Shown here piece after piece: positions 45,468 to 56,307 of a DNA stretch of 64,000 bases; position 1 is the stretch's first letter; every line of letters starts with the position of its first letter. Origin of the DNA: Candidatus Altimarinota bacterium (GTDB taxonomy: Bacteria > Patescibacteriota > Gracilibacteria > CAIRYL01 > GCA-016699755); contig OY760935.1 in the NCBI GenBank assembly GCA_963664295.1, forward strand, positions 992,001 to 1,056,000. The letters are read 5' to 3'. The position numbers were made by a program, and so were the translations under genes. The notes beneath the pieces were generated by a model, which ran no database searches, was not told the origin of the DNA, and worked only from the letters and a program-made list of their open reading frames with translations.

Positions 45468-47300
45468 TTATTTAAAAAATGCTTCAAATTCTTTTTGATC
45501 AAGAGTTTCTTTTTTGAGTAAGGTTTGTGCAATTTTTTCTAGTATTTTTTTATTATCTTTTAATAACTTATCTGCTCTTTTGAGTTGTTCAGAAATTATT
45601 TTATTTATTTCTTTGTCAATTGTTTCGGAATATTTTTCAGAAATTTGTCTTTGGCGTGTGATATCAATACCCAAAAAGCTACCTCCGTCGTCATCATCAA
45701 AAACAATAGGCCCAAGTTCACTCATGCCAAAACGAGTGACCATTCCTCGAGCAATATCAGTTGCTCTTTTAAGGTCATTAGAAACACCTGTACCAGTTTC
45801 GGAAAGCATTAGCTTTTCAGCAGAAAAACCTCCCAATAAAGTGCAAACCTCATCAAGAAATTTTGATTTTGAATAACCAAATTGATCCTCGTCTGGCAAA
45901 CTCCAAGTTGAGCCTAGTGACATACCCCTAGGGATAATTGTCACCTTATGAATTGGGTCAGCATTAGGTAATAAATGACCAATAATTGCATGACCAGCTT
46001 CATGGTAAGCTGTTTTTAATTTTCTATCTTTGCTAATTATTTGTGATTTTCTTTCTGGTCCAATAATTACTTTTTCAGTAGCAAATTCAAGATCTTTTTG
46101 ACCAATAGTTTTTTTATTGTTTTTTGCGGCTTGAATAGCAGCCTCATTTAGAATGTTTGCAAGATCAGCACCAGCAAAGCCAGAGGTCATGCGGGCAATT
46201 TTATCAAAATCAATTTTTGGAGACATTTTTTTGCCCTTGGTATGAACTTTTAAAATTGCTGTGCGGTCTTTTATATCTGGCATGTCGATAACCACCCTTC
46301 TGTCAAAACGACCAGGTCGAAGAAGTGCTTTATCAAGTACATCAGGCCTATTTGTAGCCGCAACTACAATCACATTTGTATTATCTTCAAATCCGTCCAT
46401 TTCAGACAGTATTTGGTTTAGAGTTTGCTCTCTTTCATCATGACCACCAGAATAGCCAGAACCACCTCTTTGGCGACCAACAGCATCAATTTCATCAATA
46501 AAGATAATAGCAGGTGCATTTTTTTTGGCTTTTTCAAATAAATCCCTAACCCTGCTAGCGCCAACGCCAACAAACATTTCTACAAACTCAGAACCGGAAA
46601 TTGAGAAAAAAGGCACTCTGGCTTCACCGGCAACTGCACGAGCCAAGAGAGTTTTTCCTGTTCCTGGGCGACCAATAAGCATAACGCCTCTTGGTATTCT
46701 TGCTCCTATTGTTAGGAATTTTTTAGGATTTTTTAAGAATTCAACAATTTCTTCCAACTCATTTTTTGCTTCTTCTGCTCCCGCAACATCCTTGAAAGTT
46801 GTTTTTTTACCTTTATTCGAAAAAAGCCTGGCTTTTGATTTACCAAAACTAAAAGCATTACCAGCATTTTTTTGCACTTGCCTCATCATAAAAATAATAA
46901 TCACCAGTACAATTGCAAATGGGATAATGTCTCTTAAAAGTGCAAAAATAAAATCACCAGCAGAGGTGTCTAAGATTTCAACAGGAGTTTTTATTTCTGG
47001 ATTTAAAAGCTCAAGATCAGAAGCAGTTTCCAAAGGCTCTTTAAAAGCTATTTTTTGAACATTTTCATCTTTTAAAGTAGCAGTGAGCTGATCACCTTTT
47101 ATTTCAATTTTTTCAAGCTTATTTTCATTATAAAGTTCGGTTATTTCAGAAATAGGAACTTTTTCTGTCTTAATAGCCTCACCAAGAAATTGGTCAGGAT
47201 CCATTGCAACCCACAAAGCAGTTAATACAAAAATTACTGCAATAAAGGTTAACCAAGGGCTTTTGCCAGTGTTTTTCTTTTTATTAGGCTCTTTCATCAT
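45468..47300 (-). CDS. ftsH: ATP-dependent zinc metalloprotease FtsH
   Basis: Two TMs, [30 protein letters not shown]. Confidence 0.98.
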   Translation of the reverse strand: MMKEPNKKKNTGKSPWLTFIAVIFVLTALWVAMDPDQFLGEAIKTEKVPISEITELYNENKLEKIEIKGDQLTATLKDENVQKIAFKEPLETASDLELLNPEIKTPVEILDTSAGDFIFALLRDIIPFAIVLVIIIFMMRQVQKNAGNAFSFGKSKARLFSNKGKKTTFKDVAGAEEAKNELEEIVEFLKNPKKFLTIGARIPRGVMLIGRPGTGKTLLARAVAGEARVPFFSISGSEFVEMFVGVGASRVRDLFEKAKKNAPAIIFIDEIDAVGRQRGGSGYSGGHDEREQTLNQILSEMDGFEDNTNVIVVAATNRPDVLDKALLRPGRFDRRVVIDMPDIKDRTAILKVHTKGKKMSPKIDFDKIARMTSGFAGADLANILNEAAIQAAKNNKKTIGQKDLEFATEKVIIGPERKSQIISKDRKLKTAYHEAGHAIIGHLLPNADPIHKVTIIPRGMSLGSTWSLPDEDQFGYSKSKFLDEVCTLLGGFSAEKLMLSETGTGVSNDLKRATDIARGMVTRFGMSELGPIVFDDDDGGSFLGIDITRQRQISEKYSETIDKEINKIISEQLKRADKLLKDNKKILEKIAQTLLKKETLDQKEFEAFFK

Positions 47301-47341
47301 GAAGATTTTCCCAAATAATTATCAGCTTTGCAAGAGAGCTT

Positions 47342-49540
47342 TTAATTATTTGTAGGTTTTTCCCAGCTAGAGTAATCACAATCCGGATAACGCTCACAAC
47401 CCCAAAAAATACGATTTCTTTTTGTTCTTTTTTCAACTACATCGCCTTTTCCGCATTGAGGACACTTAACGCCAATGGTTTTTAAAATTGGTTTTGTATT
47501 TTTACATTTTGGATAAGCAGAACAGGCTAAGAAATTACCAAATCTGCCTTTTTTAACCACCATTTTAGCTCCACATTTTTCACATTTTTCATTAGCAAAT
47601 TCTTTTTCTAGCGCCTCTGTTTCAGCCTTTTCTTCAGGGTCTTCATGAAGAGGTTTTGCGTTTTTACACTCAGGAAAGCCAGTACAAGAAAGAAATTTTC
47701 CATAACGAGAAAGCTTTACCTCCATTGGTTTACCACATTTTTCACATATTTCATCAGTTTTTTCTTTTACAACATCACTTTTTTTAATTTCTTTATCTTT
47801 TTTCTCTATTCTTTCGTGAAAAGGCCAATAAAAATCATTCAAAAATTTTAAATAATCTTTTTTGCCGTGTGCAATTTGGTCTAAATCCTCCTCCATTTTA
47901 GCAGTAAAGTGTAAATCAACTATTTGGTCAAAATGATCCGCAAGTAAGTCAGTGACAACAAAAGCAGTATCTGTTGGAGCTAGGGCTCTGCCGTCTTTTT
48001 GTACATAGCCCCTGCTTTGCACAGTAGAAATTGTTGGAGCATATGTTGATGGTCTACCAATGCCCTCTTCTTCCATTTTTTTAACCAAAGAAGCCTCAGT
48101 ATAACGAGCAGGTGGTTTAGTAAAATGTTGTTTTTTTTCTAATTTTTTAGCCTTTAGTTTTTCATCTTGTTCAAGTTCTGGTAAAAGTTTTTCAAAATCA
48201 CCAGCGGAAACATTTTCCGCTTCTTCGTGATGATCTTCGCCTTCAATATAAAGAGTAAGAAAACCAGGAAAAACAACTCTTTGGCCTGTTGCACGGAACA
48301 TATATGTCTTTTTTTCTCTTACTTCTAGGTCAACACTAGTATTTTTTAATTTTGCTTCTGCCATTTGGCTTGCCACTGTTCTTTTCCAGATTAATTCGTA
48401 TAGCCTAAATTCATCATTTGAAAGCAATTTTTTAATTTTATCTGGAATGGCAGAAATATTTACAGGCCTAATTGCTTCATGAGCTTCTTGAGCACCTTTT
48501 TGTTTTTTTGTATATCTGCGTGTTTTTGAATAGTCAGCACCAAATTGTTTTTTAATTACCTCTTCTGCCTCTTTTAAAGCTCTTTCTGCTAAATTTACAG
48601 AATCAGTTCTCATATAAGTAATCAAACCAGAGTCTTGACCTGCTCCTTCATATAATTTTTGAGCAATTTGCATAGTCTTTTTAACAGAAAAGCCAAGTTT
48701 TCTTGATGCTTCCTGTTGTAGAGTAGATGTTGTAAATGGAGGTGCAGGATTTCTTTTGGTATCTTTTTCTTTAATATTTGCAACAGTAAATTCTTTGCCT
48801 TTTACTGCTTGATAAAGGGCTTCAGCCTCTTCTTTTGAGCTAGGAACAAATTTTTTACCATCTAATTTTTGAAAATTAGCCTGAAATTTGATTTTATTTT
48901 TTTCAAAATCGGCAATCAAAGACCAATATTCTTCTGGCGTAAAAGCTTGAATTTCTCGCTCGCGATCAACAATAAGCTTAACAGCCACACTTTGAACACG
49001 TCCGGCAGAAAGTCCAAAACGGATTTTTTTCCATAAAAGAGGAGAAAGCTCATAACCAACAAGTCTGTCTAATATTCTACGAGCCTGTTGAGATTCAATA
49101 AGGCTTTCGTCAATTTCACGCGGTTCTTTAATTGCTTTTAAAATAGCCTCTTTAGTGATTTCGTGAAACACAATTCTGCGTACAGGATTTGTTTTTTTAG
49201 GTTTTAAAACCTGCAAAAGATGCCACCCAATCGCCTCTCCTTCGCGGTCCTCATCAGTTGCCAACCATAAAGCAGTATCTTTATCAAAATCTTTTTTAAT
49301 TTCTGCTACATGTTTTTTTTGTTTTGGTAAGACTATGTATAGAGGGTCAAAATTGTTTTCTACATCAATGGCCATTGAAGCATAAGGAAGCTTTCTTTTT
49401 GTTGGCGGTAAATCTGCTTTTTTTGTAGGCAGATCGCGCACATGACCATAAGAACTTTTAACTATATAATCTTTTCCTAAAAACTTTTTAAGAATTTTTG
49501 CTTTTGTCGGAGACTCAACGATTACTAAATTTTTTGCCAT
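47342..49540 (-). CDS. topA: DNA topoisomerase I
   Basis: IVESPTK, ATDEDREGE, SAGRVQS, ITYMRTD, three C-terminal Zn ribbons. Confidence 0.98.
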   Translation of the reverse strand: MAKNLVIVESPTKAKILKKFLGKDYIVKSSYGHVRDLPTKKADLPPTKRKLPYASMAIDVENNFDPLYIVLPKQKKHVAEIKKDFDKDTALWLATDEDREGEAIGWHLLQVLKPKKTNPVRRIVFHEITKEAILKAIKEPREIDESLIESQQARRILDRLVGYELSPLLWKKIRFGLSAGRVQSVAVKLIVDREREIQAFTPEEYWSLIADFEKNKIKFQANFQKLDGKKFVPSSKEEAEALYQAVKGKEFTVANIKEKDTKRNPAPPFTTSTLQQEASRKLGFSVKKTMQIAQKLYEGAGQDSGLITYMRTDSVNLAERALKEAEEVIKKQFGADYSKTRRYTKKQKGAQEAHEAIRPVNISAIPDKIKKLLSNDEFRLYELIWKRTVASQMAEAKLKNTSVDLEVREKKTYMFRATGQRVVFPGFLTLYIEGEDHHEEAENVSAGDFEKLLPELEQDEKLKAKKLEKKQHFTKPPARYTEASLVKKMEEEGIGRPSTYAPTISTVQSRGYVQKDGRALAPTDTAFVVTDLLADHFDQIVDLHFTAKMEEDLDQIAHGKKDYLKFLNDFYWPFHERIEKKDKEIKKSDVVKEKTDEICEKCGKPMEVKLSRYGKFLSCTGFPECKNAKPLHEDPEEKAETEALEKEFANEKCEKCGAKMVVKKGRFGNFLACSAYPKCKNTKPILKTIGVKCPQCGKGDVVEKRTKRNRIFWGCERYPDCDYSSWEKPTNN

Positions 49541-49830
49541 TCTGAGTAATTTTTAAATTAAAATACTATAAGAGCTTGCAAGAAGTTTTTATATTTTGCA
49601 AATAAAATTTTTTCTGACAAGTGTAAATTTTTATTATTTTGGCTCAAGATAAAGCAAAAATAAGATGCCAAAGATGAAAAAATTTGTCAAAATCATATTA
49701 AAAATAAGAAAATAAGGCTTGTTTTAGCCAGTTTTTAAGCGGTTTTAACGAAGATAAGCCAAAAAACTTGACTTTAATAGTGAAAAACCCCTAACATACT
49801 AACGATTTTTTAATTTTTCCTTCAAAAACT

Positions 49831-50106
49831 ATGACAAAAGGAGATCTTGTTAACGCAATTGCCGCTGGCGCTGGTGTTACAAAAAAAGCTGCTGGAGATG
49901 CTCTTCAGGCTATGATTGACTCTGTAACAAAAGAGCTAAAAAAAGGTGATAGTGTTACAATTACTGGTTTTGGAACTTTTCGTGTTTCAAAACGTGCTGC
50001 TCGCACTGGTGTTAACCCAAGAAACCCAAGCGAAAAAATTAAGATCCCAGCAATGAAACTTCCAACTTTCAAAGCTGGTAAAGCTCTTAAAAACGCTGTT
50101 CGCTAA
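49831..50106 (+). CDS. hup: DNA-binding protein HU
   Basis: MTKGDLVNAIA, GFGTF...RAARTGVNP...FKAGKALK. Confidence 0.97.
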   Translation: MTKGDLVNAIAAGAGVTKKAAGDALQAMIDSVTKELKKGDSVTITGFGTFRVSKRAARTGVNPRNPSEKIKIPAMKLPTFKAGKALKNAVR

Positions 50107-50151
50107 ACAGTGTTTTTAAAAAGTGTTTAATTTTTTAATAAAGCACTATGT

Positions 50152-50179
50152 GCCCCCCTGTTAAAAGGGGGGCTTTTTT
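50152..50179 (+). terminator. Intrinsic terminator after hup
   Basis: GCCCCCC-loop-GGGGGGC-TTTTTT. Confidence 0.85.
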
Positions 50180-50234
50180 GTTGCAATTTTTTATAAAAAA
50201 ACTATAATCCTATACTTTTTGTTGTTGGTCCCCC

Positions 50235-51131
50235 ATGCAATACAATAAATTTTCTCAACATAAATTTGAGAGTCAGCAGGGAACATTGATTCCTCCTAAT
50301 TTATTAAAAAACTTTGCCTATGTTTCTAATGACCTTAGAGTGTTGGACAGCAAGCGAGCAGTTGCGCTGAGTCAAGAGCTTTTAATGACCAAAAGCCAAG
50401 AAAGAAAAGAAGAAATAAAAACAACAATCTTAAAAGAAATGTTTTTATATATCTATTTTGTTGCCAAAGAGGCATCTGATGAATTGCAGGAGATGGGGTC
50501 ACATATTAACACAGAAGAATTAGTAGAAATTGGTATAGAAGCAGTGCTTATGAGGCTACATGATGTAGAAAGTGGTAGCCCCCTCCTTAATGTTTTTGGA
50601 CTTACTCACATAGTATGGAGAAAAATAAGAAAAGCAGTTTTTAGCAAATCTTTAGTTTTAAAAATTTTTTATTACAAAAGAGCGGTAAATTATTTATTAA
50701 GCAAAACGGGCGAAATGCCTTCCGATGAACAAGTTTGTGATTTTTTAGAAAACACAACAGCCTCTATAGAACCAGAAGAGATCGCAATAGTAAAACACAT
50801 ATTAGAAAATAATCTTATTGATTTATATCAAGGCAAAAGTTTTGAGCGCCTAAAAAACACAGAAGAGGCCGAAGAAAACTTAACTACTGATGAGCAAGCA
50901 ATTGCAAATGATGTTTTTAATAAGGTGTTTAATTTATTAGGTGCTCACCAAGAAGGAAGAAGATATAAAATAACATCTAAATTATTTTTAGATTGGCTTG
51001 TTCATCAAAATTATCAAATTATTGCTGACGAGCTAGGATGTTCTAGGGAAACAGTAAGAACAAGTTTTGATGCTTTTTTTATGCACGCCAAAAAACAAAT
51101 TGAAAACGCAAAATATTTATGTCGTGCTTAG
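50235..51131 (+). CDS. Divergent sigma70-family-like protein
   Basis: Region 2-like 'EELVEIGIEAVL', region 3-like 'TGEMPSDEQV', region 4 HTH 'YQIIADELGCSRETVR'. Confidence 0.6.
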   Translation: MQYNKFSQHKFESQQGTLIPPNLLKNFAYVSNDLRVLDSKRAVALSQELLMTKSQERKEEIKTTILKEMFLYIYFVAKEASDELQEMGSHINTEELVEIGIEAVLMRLHDVESGSPLLNVFGLTHIVWRKIRKAVFSKSLVLKIFYYKRAVNYLLSKTGEMPSDEQVCDFLENTTASIEPEEIAIVKHILENNLIDLYQGKSFERLKNTEEAEENLTTDEQAIANDVFNKVFNLLGAHQEGRRYKITSKLFLDWLVHQNYQIIADELGCSRETVRTSFDAFFMHAKKQIENAKYLCRA

Positions 51132-51191
51132 TAAAGACCTTGCCACAAAAAGCCAAATCTGGCACAATAAGCCCGTTTTTTGGAAGTAAAA

Positions 51192-53567
51192 ATGAAGATT
51201 TCTTTAGAGTGGTTGACTGATTTTCTTGATTTTAAAGAAAAAAATCCCTTAAAAATTGCCGATAAATTAACAGAAAGCTCAGCAGAGATTGATGGTGTTA
51301 TTGATACAGCGGAAAATTTTAAAAATATTGTAATTGGTGAAATTTTAGAAATAAAACCTCATCCAGATGCAGATAAATTGCAAATTACAATTACAAAAGC
51401 AGACAAAGAGCGCAGTATTATCTGTGGTGCAAAGAACATAAAACCAGGACAAAAAATACCTGTTGCTCTTCCTGGTGCAAAAATTGGTGACTTTACAATT
51501 GAAAAAAGAAAAATGAGAGGCGTGATGAGCGAAGGCATGCTTTGCTCTGAAAGAGAGCTGGGCATTTCTGACGAACACGAAGGTATTATGATTTTATCTG
51601 AAGATGCTGAAATAAATCAGGATTTTGCTGAACACTTAGGATTAAAAGACTATGTATTAGATGTTGATAACACAGCTATTACCAATAGGGCTGATCTTTT
51701 TGCTCACTATGGTTTTGCGCGTGAATTGGTTGCAAATGGTCTTGCTAGTTGGAAAAAAGGAATGGAAAATCACATGCAAGACTTAGAAAGTGAAACAAAA
51801 AATACGCCAAAAAAAGACCTTTCTTTTGATATTAACATTGTTAATGGCGAACTCTGTCCTCGTTGGTGTGGCATTGAAGTTGAAAATGTAAATATTGCTC
51901 CATCGCCAGACTGGATGCAAAAAAGACTAAATGCCTGTGGAATTCGTCCTATTAACAATATTGTTGATGCAACAAACTATGTCATGCTTGCCTTAGGTAT
52001 GCCAATGCATGCCTTTGATCGCGACAAAATAAATGGCAAAAAGCTTGTTATGAGAGAGGCAAAAAAAGGCGAAAAAATGGCAACATTAGACGGAAAAATG
52101 CACGAAATGCCCGAAGGAGCAATTGTATTTGAAGATGAAAAAGAACTTTTTGATCTTTGTGGTTTGATGGGTGGAAAAAGCTCAGAAGTAAGTGATGACA
52201 CAAAAAATTTGCTTGTTCATGCGCCTGTTTATGACCCTGTTAAAATCAGAAGAACAGCATTAAAGCTAGATCATCGCACTGATGCAGCTATTATTTATGA
52301 AAAAGGTGTGCCAGTTTCTTCGGCAATGGCTGGCTTAATGCGTACAGTTGAGCTTATTTTAAGAATGTGTCCAGAGGCAAAGATCGCCTCTTCTGCAAAA
52401 GATATAAAAAATTATTCCAAAGAAAGTCGAAAAATTAAGCTTAAAAAAAGCTTAATTGAGAGAATGCTGGGAGTAAAAGTTGAAGACAAAGAAATTGAAA
52501 ATATTTTAAGCTCATTAGGTTTTATTGCTCACAAGGAAGCTGATAGCTGGGAGGTCGAAGTGCCAAGATTTAGGTTTTCTGATGTCAAAATCCCAGAAGA
52601 TTTAGCAGAAGAAGTTGTGCGTATTTATGGGCTTAATCGAGTTGAAGCAGTTCCGCCATTGGCAACTATGCAAAAAACAGAAAGAAACAGCAAAAAACTT
52701 ATATCAGATAAAATTGCTGATGTATTAGTTGATCATAATTTTTATGAAATTTTAAATTTTTCTTTCTTAGGATCTGAGTTGTTAAAAAGGTGCGGATTAA
52801 GTCAAAATGATCAAACAATTGAAATAAAAAACCCACTTTCTGCTGATCAAAGTTTAATGCGTCAGAGCTTGTTTCCAAGAATTCTAGAAAATGCTGAAAA
52901 AAACAGTCGTTATCAGGATAGTTTTAGGATTTTTGAATGCGCAAAAACATTCACTCTAGAAGGAAAAGATAAAAAAGAATATATGCACTTATGCGGACTT
53001 ATGCTTGATGAAGATTTTTATTCTGCAAAAGGGATTGCAGAGGTTGTTTTAAGGTCTTTAAACCACAAAGCTCAATTTAAAGAAGCAAAAGTAGTAAAGC
53101 CATTTTTAAATAAATCAAAAACAGCTGACTTAATTGTTCAAGGTAAAAGAATTGGCTTTGTTTCTGAATTAAGTCCAAAAATTGCCAAAGAATTTTCACT
53201 AAAAGATCCAGTAGCAATTTTGAAATTTGATATAGATATCTTGAGTGAACTAAAAGTGGTTAATAAAACTTATAAAAAACTCCCTCGTTATCCAGGTATT
53301 TTCTATGATATTTCTGTTTTAGCTTCCTCAAAAACACAATCAGCAGAAGTTTTAAGTAAGGTTAAAAACTTGGATAATTTAATAAAATCAGCTGAGATTA
53401 TAGAAATTTTTGAAGGAAAAGGAGTGCCAGAGGGCAAAAAAAGCGTCACAATTTCTTTTGAATTTCGTTCTGATGAGCGCACTTTAGAGGAAAAAGAAGT
53501 AAAAGTAGTAGAAGATAAAATAATATCTGCACTGCAAAAAGCAGGTATTGAAAAAAGATTTGCTTAA
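51192..53567 (+). CDS. pheT: Phenylalanine--tRNA ligase beta subunit
   Basis: MKISLEWL, HPDADKL, SEGMLCS, RPINNIVDATNY, C-terminal FDX-ACB 'SDERTL'. Confidence 0.97.
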   Translation: MKISLEWLTDFLDFKEKNPLKIADKLTESSAEIDGVIDTAENFKNIVIGEILEIKPHPDADKLQITITKADKERSIICGAKNIKPGQKIPVALPGAKIGDFTIEKRKMRGVMSEGMLCSERELGISDEHEGIMILSEDAEINQDFAEHLGLKDYVLDVDNTAITNRADLFAHYGFARELVANGLASWKKGMENHMQDLESETKNTPKKDLSFDINIVNGELCPRWCGIEVENVNIAPSPDWMQKRLNACGIRPINNIVDATNYVMLALGMPMHAFDRDKINGKKLVMREAKKGEKMATLDGKMHEMPEGAIVFEDEKELFDLCGLMGGKSSEVSDDTKNLLVHAPVYDPVKIRRTALKLDHRTDAAIIYEKGVPVSSAMAGLMRTVELILRMCPEAKIASSAKDIKNYSKESRKIKLKKSLIERMLGVKVEDKEIENILSSLGFIAHKEADSWEVEVPRFRFSDVKIPEDLAEEVVRIYGLNRVEAVPPLATMQKTERNSKKLISDKIADVLVDHNFYEILNFSFLGSELLKRCGLSQNDQTIEIKNPLSADQSLMRQSLFPRILENAEKNSRYQDSFRIFECAKTFTLEGKDKKEYMHLCGLMLDEDFYSAKGIAEVVLRSLNHKAQFKEAKVVKPFLNKSKTADLIVQGKRIGFVSELSPKIAKEFSLKDPVAILKFDIDILSELKVVNKTYKKLPRYPGIFYDISVLASSKTQSAEVLSKVKNLDNLIKSAEIIEIFEGKGVPEGKKSVTISFEFRSDERTLEEKEVKVVEDKIISALQKAGIEKRFA

Positions 53568-53653
53568 AAAATCATAAAAAAGAGGTTTGACTTTTTTTGT
53601 TTATAGTAGAAAAATATCTAACAAAATAATAAAAACCTCTTTTTTAAAGGTAT

Positions 53654-55018
53654 ATGATAGTAATGAAGTTTGGTGGCACCTCAATGGGCTCTGCTCAGCG
53701 CATAAGCGAGGTTGCCCAGATTGTTTGTGCTGAAAAGAAAAAACCAATTGTTGTTGTTTCTGCAATGACTGGCGTGACCAACATGCTTTTAGAGGCCGCC
53801 GATGTGGCAATTTCTAAGAAAAATCTTAAAAGACTCAAGAAAATTATTAAAGATTTATTAAAAAAACACTACGAAACCGCAGAAAAATTAATTTCTAATA
53901 AAAAAAGACTAAAAGAAACCAAAGAATATGTTTGGAAAGAACTACATGATTTAGAGCATTTTTTAGAAGCACTTGCTTATATTAACGAACTTAGTGCTCG
54001 CTCATATGACCGTATTGTCGCCATTGGTGAAAAATTATCTGCTCATTTGTTATCTGCCCATATGAACGACATTGGCAGAAAAACTTGTTATGTAAATTTA
54101 GAAAAAATTCTCAAAAAAGAACACAAAAAAATAAATAATGCATTTTTTAGCTCATTAGAAAGAAAAATGTATTCACATATTACACCATTGATTATTGATG
54201 AGGGCTGTGTGCCTGTATGTACTGGTTTTTTTGGTCAAATACCTGGAGGCATAATAGAAGCAGTTGGTAGAGGTTATTCTGATTTTTGTGCTGCTATACT
54301 TGGTTCTGCATTTAAGGTAAAAGAAATTCAAGTCTGGACTGATGTTGATGGTATTATGTCAGCTGATCCACGCTTGGTTAAAAAAGCTTTTGTTTTACCA
54401 GAGGTTTCTTTTAATGAAGCAGCAGAAATGTCGAGTTTTGGCGCAAAAATATTACATCCACAAACTATTTGGCCTGCTGTGCGACGCAATATCCCTGTGC
54501 GCATTAAAAACACAATGAACCCAAAATTTGCTGGCACTTTAATTACCCAAGAAGGCAAATTATCTGATAAAATTTGTAAATCAATTACAGCCAAAAAAGG
54601 AGTAAATCTTGTTTGTCTTTTGGCTTCTGATATGCCTGTTAAATATGGCTTTTTAGCAAAAGTGTTTGATATTTTTGCTCGTCATGAAGTTTCAATCGAT
54701 ATAGTGACAACCTCAGAAATTTCAATTTCTTTTAATATTGATAAGCCATTAAGTAAAATTAAACCTGCATTACAGGAATTAAGAAAGCTTGGACGAGTTC
54801 ATACAGAAAGCAACAAAGCAATTGTTGCCGCGATCGGTAGCGAAATGAGTGTTAAAATAGGAAGTGGTTCAAAGATATTAGCTTCTATAGCCTCTTGTGG
54901 AACCAATGCCGTTATGATTTCTCGCAGTAGTTTAAAAATAAATATTTCTTGTATTGTGGAGGAAAGCAAAGCAGATGAGCTTGTAAAAACTCTTCATAAA
55001 GATATTTTAGAATTTTAA
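53654..55018 (+). CDS. lysC: Aspartate kinase (with ACT domains)
   Basis: MKFGGTS, VVSAM, GRGYSD, WTDVDG...ADPR, GAKILHP. Confidence 0.95.
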   Translation: MIVMKFGGTSMGSAQRISEVAQIVCAEKKKPIVVVSAMTGVTNMLLEAADVAISKKNLKRLKKIIKDLLKKHYETAEKLISNKKRLKETKEYVWKELHDLEHFLEALAYINELSARSYDRIVAIGEKLSAHLLSAHMNDIGRKTCYVNLEKILKKEHKKINNAFFSSLERKMYSHITPLIIDEGCVPVCTGFFGQIPGGIIEAVGRGYSDFCAAILGSAFKVKEIQVWTDVDGIMSADPRLVKKAFVLPEVSFNEAAEMSSFGAKILHPQTIWPAVRRNIPVRIKNTMNPKFAGTLITQEGKLSDKICKSITAKKGVNLVCLLASDMPVKYGFLAKVFDIFARHEVSIDIVTTSEISISFNIDKPLSKIKPALQELRKLGRVHTESNKAIVAAIGSEMSVKIGSGSKILASIASCGTNAVMISRSSLKINISCIVEESKADELVKTLHKDILEF

Positions 55019-55031
55019 TTTTTCATTTAAC

Positions 55032-56030
55032 ATGTCTTACAAAATTGGAATTATTGGTGCCACAGGCGCAGTTGGCAAAGAAATGATCGAATGTTTACAT
55101 GATCGCAATTTTCCTCTTGCCGAACTTCATCTTTTTGCCTCCGAAAGGAGTGCAGGCAAAAAAGTGCAAACCCCTTTTGGCGAAAAAGAAATCGAGCTTT
55201 TTGAAGTAGAAAAGGCCAAAGAAATGGATTTTGTTCTCATGGCTGTTTCTGGTGATTTTTCAAAAAGATACGCGCCAGAAATTGCAAAAGGAAAAGCAGT
55301 TGTTATAGATAATTCTTCTGCTTGGAGAATGGAAGAAAGTATTCCTTTGATTGTGCCAGAGGTAAATGCAGAAGTAGCAAAAGGGGCAAAATTAATTGCC
55401 AATCCAAATTGCACTACTGCAATTTTGGCTGTTGCTCTTTATCCTTTATATAAAGAATTTGGTCTTAAAAAAACAATAGTTTCAACCTATCAAGCAACAA
55501 GTGGTGCAGGTCAGGAAGCAATGGACGAATTAGCAGAAGAAACAAAAAATTACCTTGAAAATAAAGAAGTTGGAGCAAATAAATTTGCAAAACCAATTCC
55601 TTTTAATCTTATTCCTCGCATTGATGTAATGACTGAAAATGATTATTCAAAAGAGGAGATGAAAGTGACAAAAGAAACAAAGAAAATTTTTGGAGATAAT
55701 AGCTTGTTAATTTCTTGTACTGCTGTGCGCATTCCAACTTTCCGAGCGCATGCCGAGGCAATAACAATTGAAACAGAAAAGCCAGTATCGCCAGAAAAAG
55801 CTAGAGAAATTCTCTCTCAATCCTCAGGTGTAGAAATAAAAGATGATCCAGAGAATTTTGACTTGCCAATGCCATTAACAGCAACAAAAAAATATAATGT
55901 AGAAGCTGGTAGAATTAGGCAAAACATTGTATTTGGCGAAAATGGTTTAGACTTTTTTGTTTGCGGTGATCAATTGTTAAAAGGCGCCGCCTTAAATGCT
56001 GTTCAAATTGCCGAAAGTTTAATTTCTTGA
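55032..56030 (+). CDS. asd: Aspartate-semialdehyde dehydrogenase
   Basis: GATGAVG, DNSSAWR, NPNCTT, STYQATSGAG, KGAALNAVQIAE. Confidence 0.97.
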   Translation: MSYKIGIIGATGAVGKEMIECLHDRNFPLAELHLFASERSAGKKVQTPFGEKEIELFEVEKAKEMDFVLMAVSGDFSKRYAPEIAKGKAVVIDNSSAWRMEESIPLIVPEVNAEVAKGAKLIANPNCTTAILAVALYPLYKEFGLKKTIVSTYQATSGAGQEAMDELAEETKNYLENKEVGANKFAKPIPFNLIPRIDVMTENDYSKEEMKVTKETKKIFGDNSLLISCTAVRIPTFRAHAEAITIETEKPVSPEKAREILSQSSGVEIKDDPENFDLPMPLTATKKYNVEAGRIRQNIVFGENGLDFFVCGDQLLKGAALNAVQIAESLIS

Positions 56031-56061
56031 TTTTTAATTTCAATAAATTAAGATTTTAATT

Positions 56062-56292
56062 ATGAAAAAAGTTTTAATTTTTACTTCATTGGTTTTTTTG
56101 AGCGCTTGTACGCCCAGTGAAAATCCAGATCAAGAATTTGATCAATTTTATCAAGGATCTCCGCAAGATTTTTCCGTTGAAAATCAAGAAAAACAAGCAG
56201 AATTACAAGAAAAAACAACAAATAGTGATAGTTTTACAATAAAAGGAGAGTCAGACGAGTATGTTTGTGAGACAATTTGCACAAAAAAATAA
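56062..56292 (+). CDS. Small putative lipoprotein
   Basis: MKK-hydrophobic-LSAC lipobox. Confidence 0.6.
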   Translation: MKKVLIFTSLVFLSACTPSENPDQEFDQFYQGSPQDFSVENQEKQAELQEKTTNSDSFTIKGESDEYVCETICTKK

Positions 56293-56307
56293 TTTTATTT
56301 TTAAAAT

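Noticed and set aside
29927-56030. Genetic code 25 (TGA=Gly) as in some Gracilibacteria/Absconditabacteria
   Set aside because: Conserved genes are uninterrupted under code 11 and several end at TGA at the expected length (pilT, ribBA, rpe, purH, asd)
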